DNA from: Priapulus caudatus | Lineage: Eukaryota | Direction of reading: 5' to 3' | NCBI RefSeq assembly: GCF_000485595.1 | Contig: NW_014577061.1 | Location: forward strand, 93,791-157,790 | Length of the DNA: 64,000 nucleotides | In this document: positions 38,855-52,533 of the stretch, piece after piece | Position numbering within the stretch: the first letter of the stretch is position 1 | How the letters are laid out: each line of letters opens with the position of its first letter | Notes under the pieces: model-generated | What the model saw: the letters and a program-made list of their open reading frames with translations, nothing else | Told to the model about the DNA's origin: nothing | Databases searched by the model: none | Translations under genes and position numbers: made by a program

Positions 38855-40132
38855 GTTATATGTATTAAAGGCTAGAAGAAGTCGGCGTGGATAGGCGACA
38901 GAGATCCGTGGGTATGTACTACCGCCGGTCACCACTACAGGTGGAGAACGATGATTGAGAAGCACGTACGTCAGCAACGACAGGGTCGCATCTGTAATTG
39001 AACGGAGTGACTTGATGGATGGCAGAGGTGAACGCGAGATGCGCTGTAATCCTGCCGTCAATGTCAAGAGATGTCGAGAATTAATGGCGAAGGCAGCGCA
39101 CTGACGATGGGCGGTCGGTAGTGTAAACGCTTCGTAAAAAAAACGTTTAATCTTACAGACGTCGCTACCCGACGCAGCCGCGACGACTAACGAGGTCGAC
39201 AACGATCGACGGAGTAACAAAAGGACATGCAGCAGGCGACAGGATCAATGTCCTCGAAGTCATGTATACGACTGCAGTCAACACTCATGTTTGAATGAAT
39301 ATAACCCGTAGCGTAACGTCATTGCGAATTCAAGGAGCATTCGCTGATGAGCGCGCTGATGAACTGAGAATAATTAGATCTCTTAGTTTGAAGAAACATT
39401 CTAATACGGAAGCATGGACGCCCGCGGACGGGGTGCTAGTGGATTATGTTGACGCCGCGAGCAGTGTTGCTAGGCACAATCGTGGCGAAATAGCCTTTGA
39501 AGCTGACTGGCTGCGCCGTGGCTGTTTTTGTTTCTGGCATGATCGCAGTTTGTGGGCGAGGCGATTGTGATCGTGAGCACGTTTTTCGAAGTCGGCGCTG
39601 CCATATTGTTTTGATCATTCGGCCACGCAACCGGCCGAAGCGTTGGCGAGGGACCTCGTTTTAGAGGGATAACATTATGCCAGCGTTTGGTATTCGTTTT
39701 CTCATTTATTTACGGTACATATAAGCTGCTGATGTTTAACATGAATTAGTAATAACCAAAAGCATGTACGAGGTGTGTCCTGAATTGCGCTACTCCGAAC
39801 TTGTTATTGTACGTGCCGCCAAGGACGCGCCAATTTTCATAGAGTGCTGTTGCGGGAGATCCTTGCAATAGCCGGCAAGAATCCGTGCCCGGCTCGTACA
39901 CGCCAACGTCTTGCGAAATAAAATGGTATTGGTATTTACACTGAACCCAATCATACATTGGTTAGGTGTCAGAGCTATTAGATAGTGCTTACACCTATAC
40001 CGTTCTTGTACTAGCAGTAATTTGTATTTCGAAACTTGAAAGGTTTTATTTTGTTCGTAGATTGTAATATAATTTGTATTCTGTGACACCTGCTGTGTGT
40101 ACTGGTGGTGTCAAGAATAAAGGCATTACAAT

Positions 40133-40691
40133 AGCCTCGTTCACACGAGACCTCGTATTTATGAAATACCGGATTTGCGAAATACCGTATCTGAGACAAA
40201 TACGCGGCCGAGCGTTCACACGCTGATTCGCGGCTCCNNNNNNNNNNNNNNNNNNNNNNNNNNNNNNNNNNNNNNNNNNNNNNNNNNNNNNNNNNNNNNN
40301 NNNNNNNNNNNNNNNNNNNNNNNNNNNNNNNNNNNNNNNNNNNNNNNNNNNNNNNNNNNNNNNNNNNNNNNNNNNNNNNNNNNNNNNNNNNNNNNNNNNN
40401 NNNNNNNNNNNNNNNNNNNNNNNNNNNNNNNNNNNNNNNNNNNNNNNNNNNNNNNNNNNNNNNNNNNNNNNNNNNNNNNNNNNNNNNNNNNNNNNNNNNN
40501 NNNNNNNNNNNNNNNNNNNNNNNNNNNNNNNNNNNNNNNNNNNNNNNNNNNNNNNNNNNNNNNNNNNNNNNNNNNNNNNNNNNNNNNNNNNNNNNNNNNN
40601 NNNNNNNNNNNNNNNNNNNNNNNNNNNNNNNNNNNNNNNNNNNNCGTGTGAACGCTAAATACCGGATTTCTTGCTACGTGTGAACGCGGCT
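40133..40691. mobile_element. PIF/Harbinger-like MITE spanning the assembly gap 40238-40644
   Basis: Ends AGCCTCGTTCACACG and CGTGTGAACGCGGCT, with internal CGTTCACACG and AAATACCG repeats. Confidence 0.55.
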
Positions 40692-43228
40692 TATGTATCT
40701 AATTGTGTTGAGTGGTATTATAGGTTTTGGAAAAAGACCAATCCTTCGCCGGTATTTATTTTGAGTGATATCATCGCGTGTGCTGCCTCTGGTGGTTGGT
40801 GCATGATACCGCATTTTATTGTCGTGCGACCTTGACAGGTGGTTTATAACAAAGGTGAACGTATCATTATAGGATACGGTGTTTGTTCAATGTACGCTGT
40901 CATGACGCTTTTTTTTCAAGGGGCAGATGCATCATGCCAGGCAAGTTATAACGTGACATCATGAATAATTAATATACAATAGGACTATCGTGTAGCAATT
41001 ACGCAGTGAACGGCTCACCTTCCTGCCTGTCTTCTGCTCAAAGAATTAATCGTTAGCGAAACGTTGTATTCAGAACGAGGCGAACGTCGATGAAACCACG
41101 TCTACACACTCGACACGTGCTGCATGCTGCAGGCAGACAATAGCTGCGCTTTTGTTGAAAATATCGCGAAGCTCGTTAGTGAATTTTCGCCGGCGTAAGC
41201 TGTGACGTATTACCCTGTTCTACTAGGAGTGTCATAATATCGACACTCTATTATTATCATCTACGTTATTACACTCCCGGAACTACTAATTCCGAGCGTC
41301 GAGACGCTTCTCTATTCTAGACTACATGCCGTCATGTGAAGCGTGATGAACCGCTAGTAATGGGAGTGATGCGATGTAGCGATGTGCGCAGGTATATAAG
41401 GGGAGGAGTACGTCACCCGTCGTTCCCGCGATCCACCGTGTAAAATTACAGCGGCATTCAAGATTCGATCCTATCAACCAACAGCTAATACTAGAGCTAT
41501 GTCTACAGCTATAGAGATATAAGCGCTATTATTAGCTCCTGATACTATACCACAGGGATCGAAACTTCGCGAAGCATCGCAACTTCAATTCGAGCAAGAA
41601 GAAAGTACGTCTTATCAGGGTGACGTTGTCCACCGAAAGCTCGCTATCGATTTTTTTTATTTCACGGCTTGTATAGCTCGTATATTATTTATTGTGTTTT
41701 ACGTGTATGTCGGCGCCGCACAGCTTGACGCTTATAAACTCTGCTATTCAACGTTCAGTGCATGACCAGGCTCTATAATATAGAGTTTTTTTACTGCTAA
41801 ACCTTCGTAGTCGTACGTGAAATTTTTTTTGTCCATTTTCTATTGTGAGTGTTGTGGGCGAGCACGATGACTCGATGTTAATACGTCTCAGGAACCACTT
41901 TCAACATTCGGTTATGCACATAACAGTTCTGGTGGCTTTTGACGAGGATGGGTGTACTAGGAGCACAGCAAATGCTGGAAATTCTATAACCTGTTACACT
42001 TCTCCGATTCGTTAATGAACGCAGGTTTTGCTAAGTGTATAGTGGATTAAACATTTTTAAACGTCAGAGGGCGTTAGCTGACTGATACTGTTGTTAGTTA
42101 GATGTTCATTTTTAAGTAGGCGGCTGCTACGTCATTGCGTGCAACTCAATGCATAACTGCTTCGCCATGCATAATAGCGTTTATTATTACCTTACGCGTA
42201 CATAACTGTGATATATACGCCTAATATATGCCTCTTTGTATTATAATTTTCAATAAACCGTTAGAGCTAGTAAAGTGGGCGCACATTGCTGTCTTTTTTT
42301 TGGGAGGGGGGCAACGATGCGACTGATATTTTGATTAAGACTGCGAATAAAATTTTCTATACGAGCCGTTATCGATTGAGTGATTGACCTATAGCCTTTC
42401 GCTGCTTGTAAACGAATATTCGTAGTTTACATTACATATAATATATATATACATTAGAATATAACGACCACACACTTGTGCTGGCTCAAATGAACTTTCT
42501 GTTACGGTAAATCGATACAAACGCATATCACCGTAAAATTACAGTATAGCCGATGAAATCTAATTGCTATCTTGCAATACTACGCGGTGCACTGCGGAAG
42601 AACTAGCAAAGAGATTAGGTTACGATTATCGTAAAAAAGACTATTGAGATATGCCAGCGCCTCATCTCTATGCGTATCTTCTACTAGGGATAATTATAAT
42701 GATAATAGATAATAAATATCGTTATATTACTTCGTATATCGTATTCCTACCTCGTGATAGCATCTAAATGCAAATTCGTTTCTATTAGAATCTATTTAAA
42801 TTTAATAAAATTTTGATTTTATTTTTGCTTAATTTCTATTATTATTTCTACGTATTTTTCTATTTAATTCTCAATCTCATGCTAACCGATATTTGCATTT
42901 TTGTCGGTTTGAGGTTAACTTTGGTTCACCTTGGTTTTATAACTTCACATTTCTGCAATATAATTTTGTTCGCGTATTTACTCTATTTTCTCGCTTTTTC
43001 GCATTTTCCCGTTCCCGCTCACCTCTAAATGTATTGGCGGTCACTGCGATTTTTTATAAGGCTAATTAGGATGAACATATTCATCCTCGGTCATTCATGC
43101 TCATGGGCATCACGACAGTTGCCTACTAATGACACTGACTTCTGTGTAGGCAGTCGAGCCGTACAACCTCGTTAACCATTACTCAGAACATGTGTGTAGA
43201 TTCATAGTCGCATCAATGCTAGCTCTGG

Positions 43229-43282
43229 AACTATAGCACTTCGCTCTGCCACAGGCGAGCGGTGCGGAGCGACTGCCTGTGG
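43229..43282. mobile_element. Short hairpin element AACTATAGC(A/C)CTTCGCTCTGCCACAGGC...; related single end at ~17012-17038
   Basis: About 28-bp near-perfect inverted arms around a short spacer. The right arm runs to ~43302. Confidence 0.55.
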
Positions 43283-44389
43283 CAGAGCGAAGGGCTATAG
43301 TTTGCGTGTGGAAAACGGGTTTATATGAAAGCGTGGGAATGAATGCCTTATATAGAACCCCGTGTTTTTCAAGGCATCGTGTAGTCGAGGCCTGTCCCTC
43401 GCGTCGAGGAAAGTAAGGATGACGCGGATCTTCCTGTGTGATGCAAAACGATATCCTAGTTATTCACGGAGCTCCTACTAATATTCGAATAACAACGTCG
43501 ATCTAACGCAACTTTTGCGTTTACACTGCCGATTGTCAGTTGGGAAGTTGCGAAGTTGGTCACTTCGGCAATTCGCCACTGAACACAAAGTTGGCAGTGT
43601 AAACCCATTTAGGATGAGCACGATAACGGCGTTTATATTACATTACATTCATATTATTTATGATATGAAGTATAGTCGTCCATCACAGTTAATAACAAAA
43701 TAGTCGTAGAATATGGCGAATAACGTGCTTGCGAAGATCAAAAAATAAAGGCAATCTACGCTAACTTTTCAAGCGGTGTATTCCGTTAAAACATCGTCTT
43801 TTTCCTACACGCTCATTTCTCCGGGTGCTTGGTAAGTCAACTACCGGGCTCAGTAGCACTGGTCGATAAGTTTACTAGGCAAAATACTGTAAGTTCTCCT
43901 AGCGAAATACTCGCAGCTCTAACATGCTATCTATCTCGACATTTCGAATGGCTGCAATGTCTAGGAGATACGGGGCTCCTTATGTGCGCGCGATGCAAAG
44001 AGAGTGCGTGCGTTTTGAAAAGGCAACTTTTATTAATAAAGAGACAAATCTTAAAGGTAATAATAAAACCGGATAATCTTAGCTAACGATCCATATGAAC
44101 GGAGCCTGGTTACCGTGACCGGGTTGTCAGTTGCCACCGCTGCACGCGAATAAATGCTCGCGCTCTCTCAACATTGATTTTATTTAACACACATAACCTC
44201 GAGGTGTGTGCGTGTGCGTGTGCGTGGTGTGCGTGTGCGTGTGCGTGCGCGTGTGCGTGTGCGTGCGCGTGCGCGTGTGCGTGTGCGTGTTCGTGTGCGT
44301 GTGCGTGTGCGTGTGTGTGTATGTGTGTGCGTGTGTGTGTGCGCGTGCTGTGTGTGCGTGTGTGTGGTGGTGTATACGTGTGGTGTATG

Positions 44390-44431
<42 letters not shown>

Positions 44432-44448
<17 letters not shown>

Positions 44449-45987
44449 CGTGCGTGCATGCGTGTGTATGTAATATCGCGCATGCGCTAGCAAATGTCAG
44501 AAAAACCTCGTGCGGAGCAGCTGTTCGCGTTTGTTTGCTAGGTCTCCTAATTATGTAAGACTCCGCATGATTCTGTCACTCAATGCGAGCATGAGGTTAT
44601 GATGCATAATTAGCATCTTAACATGAATATCCGCACCCCAATGAAATTTAGACGCAGCACGCGTTGTACTGCGTGAATATGCGATGAGGGTTTTCAATAT
44701 ACTATATAGTAGTATTTGCCAAATTACACTTAGCTGCGTTGTTTTTCAACTGGTGAAAAGATGTAGGGTTAGGATCGGACAAGTCTGTGTGATATATATG
44801 TGCATATATATATATATATGCGTGCGTGCATGCGTGCGTGAGTGCGTGCGTGCGTGTGTGTTTATTGAGTTACGCTTATAATAATAAATCACAGGTAGAC
44901 TAAGGCTGGTATATGGAATTATCTTCCTACAATGTGACCCCTAGTATTATATACTCCTGATTTAACGTACAACAAAACAATTATTTCAGAGTTGAAAGAG
45001 AAACATCTAGATTTGTCGAAAGAGAATAACAAGCGTGTTCGAGACCGGACGTGTAGGGTAACCATTGATTTTCGAGTTTTCGATAATTGTATAATAATAC
45101 TCGTGATAATAATACTGGCATTGTTGTTGTTGTTGTTCTTTTTTTCTTCTTCTTTTTCTTTTTTCTGTATTTGTTTCTTCTTCTATTCCTCCTCCTTCTA
45201 TTTCTCATCCTCCGCCTTCCTTTTCTTCTTCTTCTTCTTTTTCTTCTTCTTCTTCTTCTTCTTCTTCTTCATGTTTTTCTTCTTCTATTCCTCCTCTTTC
45301 TATTTCTCACTCTCCGCCTTCCTTTTCTTTTTCTTCTTCGTCTTCTTCATCTTTTTGTTCTTTACTTTTTTTCTTTATCTTATTCTTCTTCTATTCCTCC
45401 TCCTTCTATTTCTCATTCTCCGCCTTCCTTTTCTTCTTCTTCTTCTTTTACTTCTTCTTCTTTGTGCTGCTCTGTTAGTCTTGCTGGTTAATTTAAACTT
45501 GCGTTCATCAGCAATCGCTACGACATCTCTCAGTTTAAGCATACACAAATGTGTGTATATACAGTACAACGTTCTTAATCGCAATAACAATAACCAACAA
45601 ATAACAAAAACAATAACAAACAAATTGCTACTCGCATCGACTGCGAGTTGCTGTATATATTTTATTCATCACCTCTTCATGCTTCCTACTGCGCACAAGC
45701 ACTCTCTCTGCGTGAGTCTTTAGAGGGCTGCTTCGCGCGCTATTGCATGCAGGCGTTACGTTTCCGACACGGCAGCCGAGTTTGCGCGTTTTGCGATGAT
45801 CGCTCATCGAGCGACATGCGTTCATGCTTTCCTGCGCGCGCCTGCCTGCCTGCATGCCTGCCTGCTTTCCTGCGCGCGCTTGTCTGCCTGCCTGCATGCC
45901 TGCTTGCCTGCCTGCATGCCTGCCTGCTTTCCTGCGCGCGCCTGTCTGCCTGCCTGCCTGCCTGCCTGCGTGCCTGCGCGCGCCTGT

Positions 45988-46018
<31 letters not shown>

Positions 46019-46074
46019 CTGCCTGCGCGCGCCTGCCTGCCTGCCTGCCTGCCTGCTTTCCTGCGCGCGCCTGT

Positions 46075-46105
<31 letters not shown>

Positions 46106-46156
46106 CTTTCCTGCCTGCCTGCCNNNNNNNNNNGCATGTGTGTGTGTGCGCGCGCA

Positions 46157-46188
<32 letters not shown>

Positions 46189-46190
46189 CA

Positions 46191-46222
<32 letters not shown>

Positions 46223-48600
46223 TGTGTGTGTGTGTGCGCGCGCATGTGTGTGTGTGCGCGCGCATGTGTGTGTGCGCGCGTGTGTGTGTGCGTGCGTGCA
46301 TGCGTGTGTATGTAATATCGCGCATGCGCTAGCAAATGTCAGAAAAACCTCGTGCGGAGCAGCTGTTCGCGTTTGTTTGCTAGGTCTCCTAATTATGTAA
46401 GACTCCGCATGATTCTGTCACTCAATGCGAGCATGAGGTTATGATGCATAATTAGCATCTTAACATGAATATCCGCACCCCAATGAAATTTAGACGCAGC
46501 ACGCGTTGTACTGCGTGAATATGCGATGAGGGTTTTCAATATACTATATAGTAGTATTTGCCAAATTACACTTAGCTGCGTTGTTTTTCAACTGGTGAAA
46601 AGATGTAGGGTTAAGATCGGACAAGTCTGTGTGATATATATGTGCATATATATATATATATATATGCGTGCGTGCATGCGTGCGTGAGTGCGTGCGTGCG
46701 TGTGTGTTTATTGAGTTACGCTTATAATAATAAATCACAGGTAGACTAAGGCTGGTATATGGAATTATCTTCCTACAATGTGACCTCTAGTATTATATAC
46801 TCCTGATTTAACGTACAACAAAACAATTATTTCAGAGTTGAAAGAGAAACATCTAGATTTGTCGAAAGAGAATAACAAGCGTGTTCGAGACCGGACGTCT
46901 AGGGTAACCATTGATTTTCGAGTTTTCGATAATTATATAATAATACTCGTGATAATAATACTGGCATTGTTGTTGTTGTTGTTCTTTTTTTCTTCTTCTT
47001 TTTCTTTTTTCTGTATTTGTTTCTTCTTCTATTCCTCCTCCTTCTATTTCTCATCCTCCGCCTTCCTTTTCTTCTTCTTCTTCTTTTTCTTCTTCTTCTT
47101 CTTCTTCTTCTTCTTCTTTTTCTTCTTCTTCTTCTTCTTCTTCTTCATGTTTTTCTTCTTCTATTCCTCCTCTTTCTATTTCTCACTCTCCGCCTTCCTT
47201 TTCTTTTTCTTCTTCGTCTTCTTCATCTTTTTGTTCTTCTTTTTTTTCTTTATCTTATTCTTCTTCTATTCCTCCTCCTTCTATTTCTCATTCTCCGCCT
47301 TCCTTTTCTTCTTCTTCTTCTTTTTCTTCTTCTTCTTTGTGCTGCTCTGTTAGTCTTGCTGGTTAATTTAAACTTGCGTTCATCAGCAATCGCTACGACA
47401 TCTCTCAGTTCAAGCATACACAAATGTGTGTATATACAGTACAACGTTCTTAATCGCAATAACAATAACAAACAAATAACAAAAACAATAACAAACAAAT
47501 TGCTACTCGCATCGACTGCGAGTTTCTGTATATATTTTATTCATCACCTCTTCATGCCTTCCTACTGCGCACAAGCACTCTCTCTGCGTGAGTCTTTAGA
47601 GGGCTGCTTCGCGCGCTATTGCATGCAGGCGTCACGTTTCCGACACGGCAGCCGAGTTTGCGCGTTTTGCGATGATCGCTCATCGAGCGACATGCGTTCA
47701 TGCTTTCCTGCGCGCGCCTGCCTGCCTGCATGCCTGCCTGCTTTCCTGCGCGCGCCTGCCTGCCTGCCTGCATGCCTGCCTGCTTTCCTGCGCGCGCTTG
47801 TCTGCCTGCCTGCATGCCTGCTTTCCTGCGCGCGCCTGCTTGCCTGCCTGCATGCCTGCCTGCTTTCCTGCGCGCGCCTGTCTGCCTGCCGGCCTGCCTG
47901 CGTGCCTGCGCGCGCCTGTCGGCCTGCCTGCCTGCCTGCCTGCCTGCCTGCTTTCCTGCGCGCGCCCGGACTGCCCTGCCTAGCCTGCCATGCCTGCCTT
48001 TCCTGCGGCGGCGCGCAAGGAAACACTGTCTGGCACTGCCCTGCCTGCCTGTGCCCTGCCTAGCCTGCTTTCCTGCGCGCGCCTGCCTGCCTGCCCTGCC
48101 TGCATGCTTTCCTGCGCGCGTCCTGTCTGCCTGCCTGGCCTGCCTGCCTCTGCCTGCCTGCCTGCCTGCCTGCAATGCTGTTCCTTGCGCGCGCTCTGCC
48201 TGCCTGCGCTGCCTGCTGCCTGCTGCCTGCGTGCCTGCGCGCGCACTGCATTGCCTGCCTGCCTGCCTGCCTGCTGCCTGCCTGCCTGCCTAGCGTGCCT
48301 GCGCCGCCTGTCTGCTCTGCCGAGCCTGCCTGCCTGCGTGTCCTGCGCGCGCGCTGTCTGCGCCTGCCTGCCTGCCTGCTGCTGCCTGCCTCGCCTGCCT
48401 GCCTGCCTGCCTGCTTTCCTGCGCGCGCCTGCCTGCCTGCCTGCGTTCCTGCGCGCGCGGCTGTCTCTGCGCTGCCTGCCTGCCTGCCGTGCTCATGCTG
48501 CCTGCCTGCCTGCCTGCCTGCTTCCTGCGGCGCGCGGGCTGCCTGCCTGCCTGCGTGCCTGCGCGCGCGCTGTCTCCTGCCCCTGCCTGCCTGCATGTGA
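44432..48600. repeat. ~1.85-kb tandem duplication (copy A 44432-46123, copy B 46274-~47960) containing (TTC)n and (GCCT)n arrays; degenerate (GCCT)n continues to ~48600
   Basis: Unique sequence such as TAATATCGCGCATGCGCTAGCAAATGTCAG occurs at 44471 and 46313. The copies differ by a few SNPs and repeat lengths, and a 10-N gap separates them. Confidence 0.92.
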
Positions 48601-49030
48601 GCCTCAGGCGCGCATGCAATCTGGTCTAAGCTGCTTACGAACGACGTGTGCCGATATGGCTTCTAGACGAGGCGGACGATAGAGAATCTCGCCTGCTGCG
48701 ATCAACGCCAGCATCAACGCCAGCGGGTCATGGAGTTTGAGTCGCGTGCATTCTGGCTGCGACATTCAACGCTAAGCTGCGCGATAAATTCGCATCTCGA
48801 AGTGGCGGGTTTCGTTGCAACATTCGGTGCGGTGGCGCTCGTATTCGACTTAATGCAATAAATGTAACCACACATTAGAGTCGTTAGTCTCGGCAGATGC
48901 GTTGCTGCCCTAGTAGGGCTGCTTCAGTGGTAACCCTTTACTCGTTGAGTTACAGGGGGGGGGGGCGAATTCTAACCTAATTTCACCTCGCTGCGCGTCG
49001 CTAATTATTGTTTGTGCCGCCACCGTCGCT

Positions 49031-49055
49031 TGTGTGTGCGTGTGTGTGTGTAGTG

Positions 49056-49099
<44 letters not shown>

Positions 49100-49124
49100 T
49101 GTGTGTGTGTGTGTGTGTGTGTGG

Positions 49125-49159
<35 letters not shown>

Positions 49160-49206
49160 GTGTGTGTGGTGCGTGTGTGTGTGTATGTGTGTGTTGTGTG
49201 TGCGTG

Positions 49207-49242
<36 letters not shown>

Positions 49243-49399
49243 CGCGTGTGTATGATGTGGTGTGTGTGTGTGTGTGGTGTGTGTGTGTGCGTGGTGCTGT
49301 GTGTGTGTGTCTGTCCGTGTGCGTGTGCGTGTGCGTGTGCGTGTGTGTGTGTGTGCGTGCGTGCGTGCGTGTGCGTGTGTGTGTGTGTGTATGTGTGTG
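49031..49399. repeat. (GT)n microsatellite
   Basis: Direct inspection. Confidence 0.95.
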
Positions 49400-49835
49400 A
49401 AACGGCAGTGAGGACATCGCCCACTGCAGCGATCAATACTCGCGGCATCGGCAGTTCATAGTGGCCAACGGCGGCTCTGGGCAAGTTCGATGACGGAGGC
49501 TGGAACCGCTCGAGTTTTCGTGAGATTTGAATATGTCGTTTTGGCACTGGCACGCCAGGGTTGCTGCGTTCGCTGTGGAGTACTGCGCCGGTGTCAGTGA
49601 GAGTGCTGCGCGCGTACGCCGCTGATTTGGAGCTAGTTGGATTGGACGGAAGTGACAGGTGCTGCGGCTCGCTCTGAAGTTGACGGATATTGGTGAAGTA
49701 CAGTTTTTGCCGGCGTACACGTATGTTCAGCTTTCACAAGCTCGAGTTCTGGCGGCGGGCGTTATTGGCCGAACGTTCGCTGTCAAAGGGAACACAGAAT
49801 TTGCGTTCTACTCGATCTCGACTTTAGTGTTAACG

Positions 49836-50719
49836 ATGCTCCGGTATATAAAACTAAAGATTTTCCGTTCCCTGTCGCTGCTCGTTTTCGTTTTCTTGCC
49901 ACTGAGAGGGTACAGTTAAAGAAAGCGCAGGTCATAGCATGGCTTCATAGAGTATTTACCTTCCCCCTCCCCATACATACATTCCCATCCCTTTGTTTCA
50001 TCACTGACCGAAAATTAATGGGAATGGTTAAACAAAATGTTTATGTAGTCACGTAGCTAACTGATAAGTCACTGTGTAGTCAGCTAGCTTACTAATAAGT
50101 TACTGTATTTAGCTGTATTACTACCATTAGTGGATTCACTCAACTACCGCCGGTAAATGCGGAGTTTTTGTTAGCAAGGATAGCCTTTGACATATATATC
50201 GATACAGTGATGCTGTCCGCTCTAAGTTTGCACACGAAGGTAATCTTTGCTCGGTTCCTTGCAGTCGTGAGGCATTATTAAGGGTTATCCGTGAATTTAG
50301 CTAAAGCGCACAGTGTCCCTAGAGAGAATGCGTGCATAGGTAAATTCGGCGTGAAGTTAGGCTCTCTCTGCGGGTTGGGACTAAACGAATTATGTCCATT
50401 ACGGGTAAGGCTTCCGACAATACATAGCGTATCGTTGACAATTATCGTACGCGAATTATCTTATCTAAATCGACTGGCGGTTTAGAGGCAGATAAGATTT
50501 ACTTCTTCGGATGTGCCGATTAGCTCCTTTGCAGAATTCCCTTCTTCTGGCTCACTCTTTAGACTGTCTCCCGTTGTTGAGCAGAAACGCGGGAATGCGC
50601 CGGGAAGATACGACAGCCGCGCGGAGATTTCGAATAAGTTCTGGTCGCGCGATAGCAGCACGATTGGTTATGTGCGGTTTGGGAAGCCACGCGAACATAA
50701 CGAACTGTTGTATAAGTAG
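49836..50719 (+). CDS. Speculative two-exon 89-aa secreted precursor with a C-terminal GYVRF-GK (RFamide-like) motif; exons 49836-49909 and 50524-50719
   Basis: Signal-peptide-like MLRYIKLKIFRSLSLLVFVFLPLRG joins SFAEFP...KR...RDSSTIGYVRFGKP in frame through GT at 49910 and AG at 50523. Both splice sites are weak. Confidence 0.2.
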
Positions 50720-51375
50720 ATCGGCGCGGTGCCTCGTGTAACGGAAGACGCACATGATTGTTTGATTTCGATGGTAGTTAGATCAATCGCGGGAACCATC
50801 GAGGGGCACACGCGCCAGTAATCTGACGAGATTTGGATGGGTAACTCTCCCCAGGCGCGGATCATTGTGTTTGCCTGACTCCCTAGCCTCTGCTGCTGAG
50901 ACCGTAAACCGAAGCGTCTGGCGTCTGGGACGCACAAGCCGTTGCCGTCTGCTGGACATAATCAAGTTATGAAGCTGAAGCAGCCATCGTTAAATATCCA
51001 GCTGCGTTTTAACGATTTCTCACGGCGCCTCACATGCATCGCCTATCGAAAATTGTTATACGTACCGCTGGTACTTAGGCTACCATAAGATTTTAATGGC
51101 GCGTTTTGCCGCGCGCTTGTGTTAGGAGGCTGGTCTTGTCTTCGATCGTTGAAAAGTGAGGGCACGTCTATGTCGGCTAGTGAGGTATACGCACAGTCGG
51201 GTGTGTGAGGGCGGGCGATCGGGTTGGCTGGAAAGTGAGCTAGAAAACGGGCGTGCGTGCGCACGCGTGACGCATTCATGTATGATCGAGCCAGTGCGTG
51301 AGTGCACGTTTGTTGTGGGGGTACGATTTTACAGCCTTCCACACGCGCACACACACACGAACATACACGCACACA

Positions 51376-51531
51376 CAGCTTGTCAGTGGCACAGTCCTTG
51401 ACCTTACTGAGAGATGTAAAATCGCCATGCGTAATCCCACTTACATGTAAAATACAACTTACAAGAGAACGCTTCCTCGGTTCGTCTGACCCACCATCAT
51501 TATCACTCTTGCGTTTCTTTGACTTCAACAT
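51376..51531 (-). mobile_element. Possible N-terminal fragment of a large DNA-transposon protein
   Basis: MLKSKKRKSDNDGGSDEPRKRSLVSCILHVSGITHGDFTSLSKVKD has a basic NLS-like start and a CILH motif, and is truncated at a (CA)n run. Resemblance only. Confidence 0.25.
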
Positions 51532-51558
51532 GATTATCCTACCATGCAACTATGCTTA

Positions 51559-52027
51559 TGCTAGCCGCACACTATCCGACCCGAGCGTGATTTGAAGGCT
51601 TACGATTGGATCGAGATGTTCTAGTTTGGCTCGGGAGGCTTAAGATTGGCTCTGGAGGTCATTTTGGCCCGATTCGAATTTTGAATCGGAAGCAGATCGG
51701 GTCGGATAGTGTGCGGGGCCTTACGACGCGACTCGGATAGTGTGCGTGGCCATCCGACCCGATCGGCGTGCGCTGAAGAAAATTGACCTATCACAGAGCA
51801 GCGCCATGGGAACCGCATTCGAATGGAATGGCATTCGAACCATGGGAAACACTCCCGACGCTTAGTACACGCTAAATCCGCTTGGAACGCCACGAGAGTG
51901 CCATGGTTTGCGCCAACTTTGAGTCGGACAGTGTGCGGTGGCCTCCCGATCGATCGGGATCGGGTCGGATAGTGTGCGGGGCGTTAGTGCTGTGCACAGT
52001 GAAAAATCGGATAGTGTGCGGCTAGCA
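51559..52027. mobile_element. PIF/Harbinger-like MITE
   Basis: 21-bp perfect TIR TGCTAGCCGCACACTATCCGA, with several internal TCGGATAGTGTGCG subterminal repeats. Confidence 0.75.
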
Positions 52028-52533
52028 CGTAATATGATACGTGCATGGTGTGTATATTGACGTTAGTATCGCAGTCTGGTCGGGCTAACCTACTGCGACA
52101 CACGAATGCGCAGCGTTAACAGTCTGAACGTAGTAGACTCGCCGTATCCTATTCAAAACATTCCACTATAAATAAACACGGTATGATATACCGCATACTA
52201 TACGGCTAAGGAACATCTATGCGAAAGTGTACGATACCAGCTATAGCTCTGTCTCTGATCTCGATTTTGTTATTCTCCGCTTTTCAATTGTGAGACTTCC
52301 TCTCTCTCGTTCGGATGAAGGCCGTATTGTATAAGTGCGTCGAGCGGACGCGCCCACGTCAATGCATTCCGAATACGGTAAATTCGTGGCGGCCGCGGTG
52401 CAGAGAATTTGAGCGGCTATCATCAAAGCTTCGCGATCGCGCCGACATCGGCGTCTGTGTCTACACCGAACACATCAACTCGTCCCTGCCTCGGCGCGGC
52501 TAACCGCAATATATCTGTATCGATCCTACTTAC

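Noticed and set aside
39770..39909. Possible minus-strand exon (VGVYEPGTDSCRLLQGSPATALYENWRVLGG...)
   Set aside because: Weak AAG acceptor and GTACAT donor, phase incompatible with direct joining to the 52534-52613 candidate, and no recognisable homology.
41230..42300. LTR-like stretch (TGTCATAA start, TATATAAG at ~41393, AATAAA at ~42252)
   Set aside because: No matching ...CA end with TSD and no PBS could be identified.
44110..49553. Long Cys/Val, Phe/Leu and ACLP/QAGR-repeat ORFs of up to 348 aa
   Set aside because: Translations of (GT)n, (TTC)n and (GCCT)n repeats.
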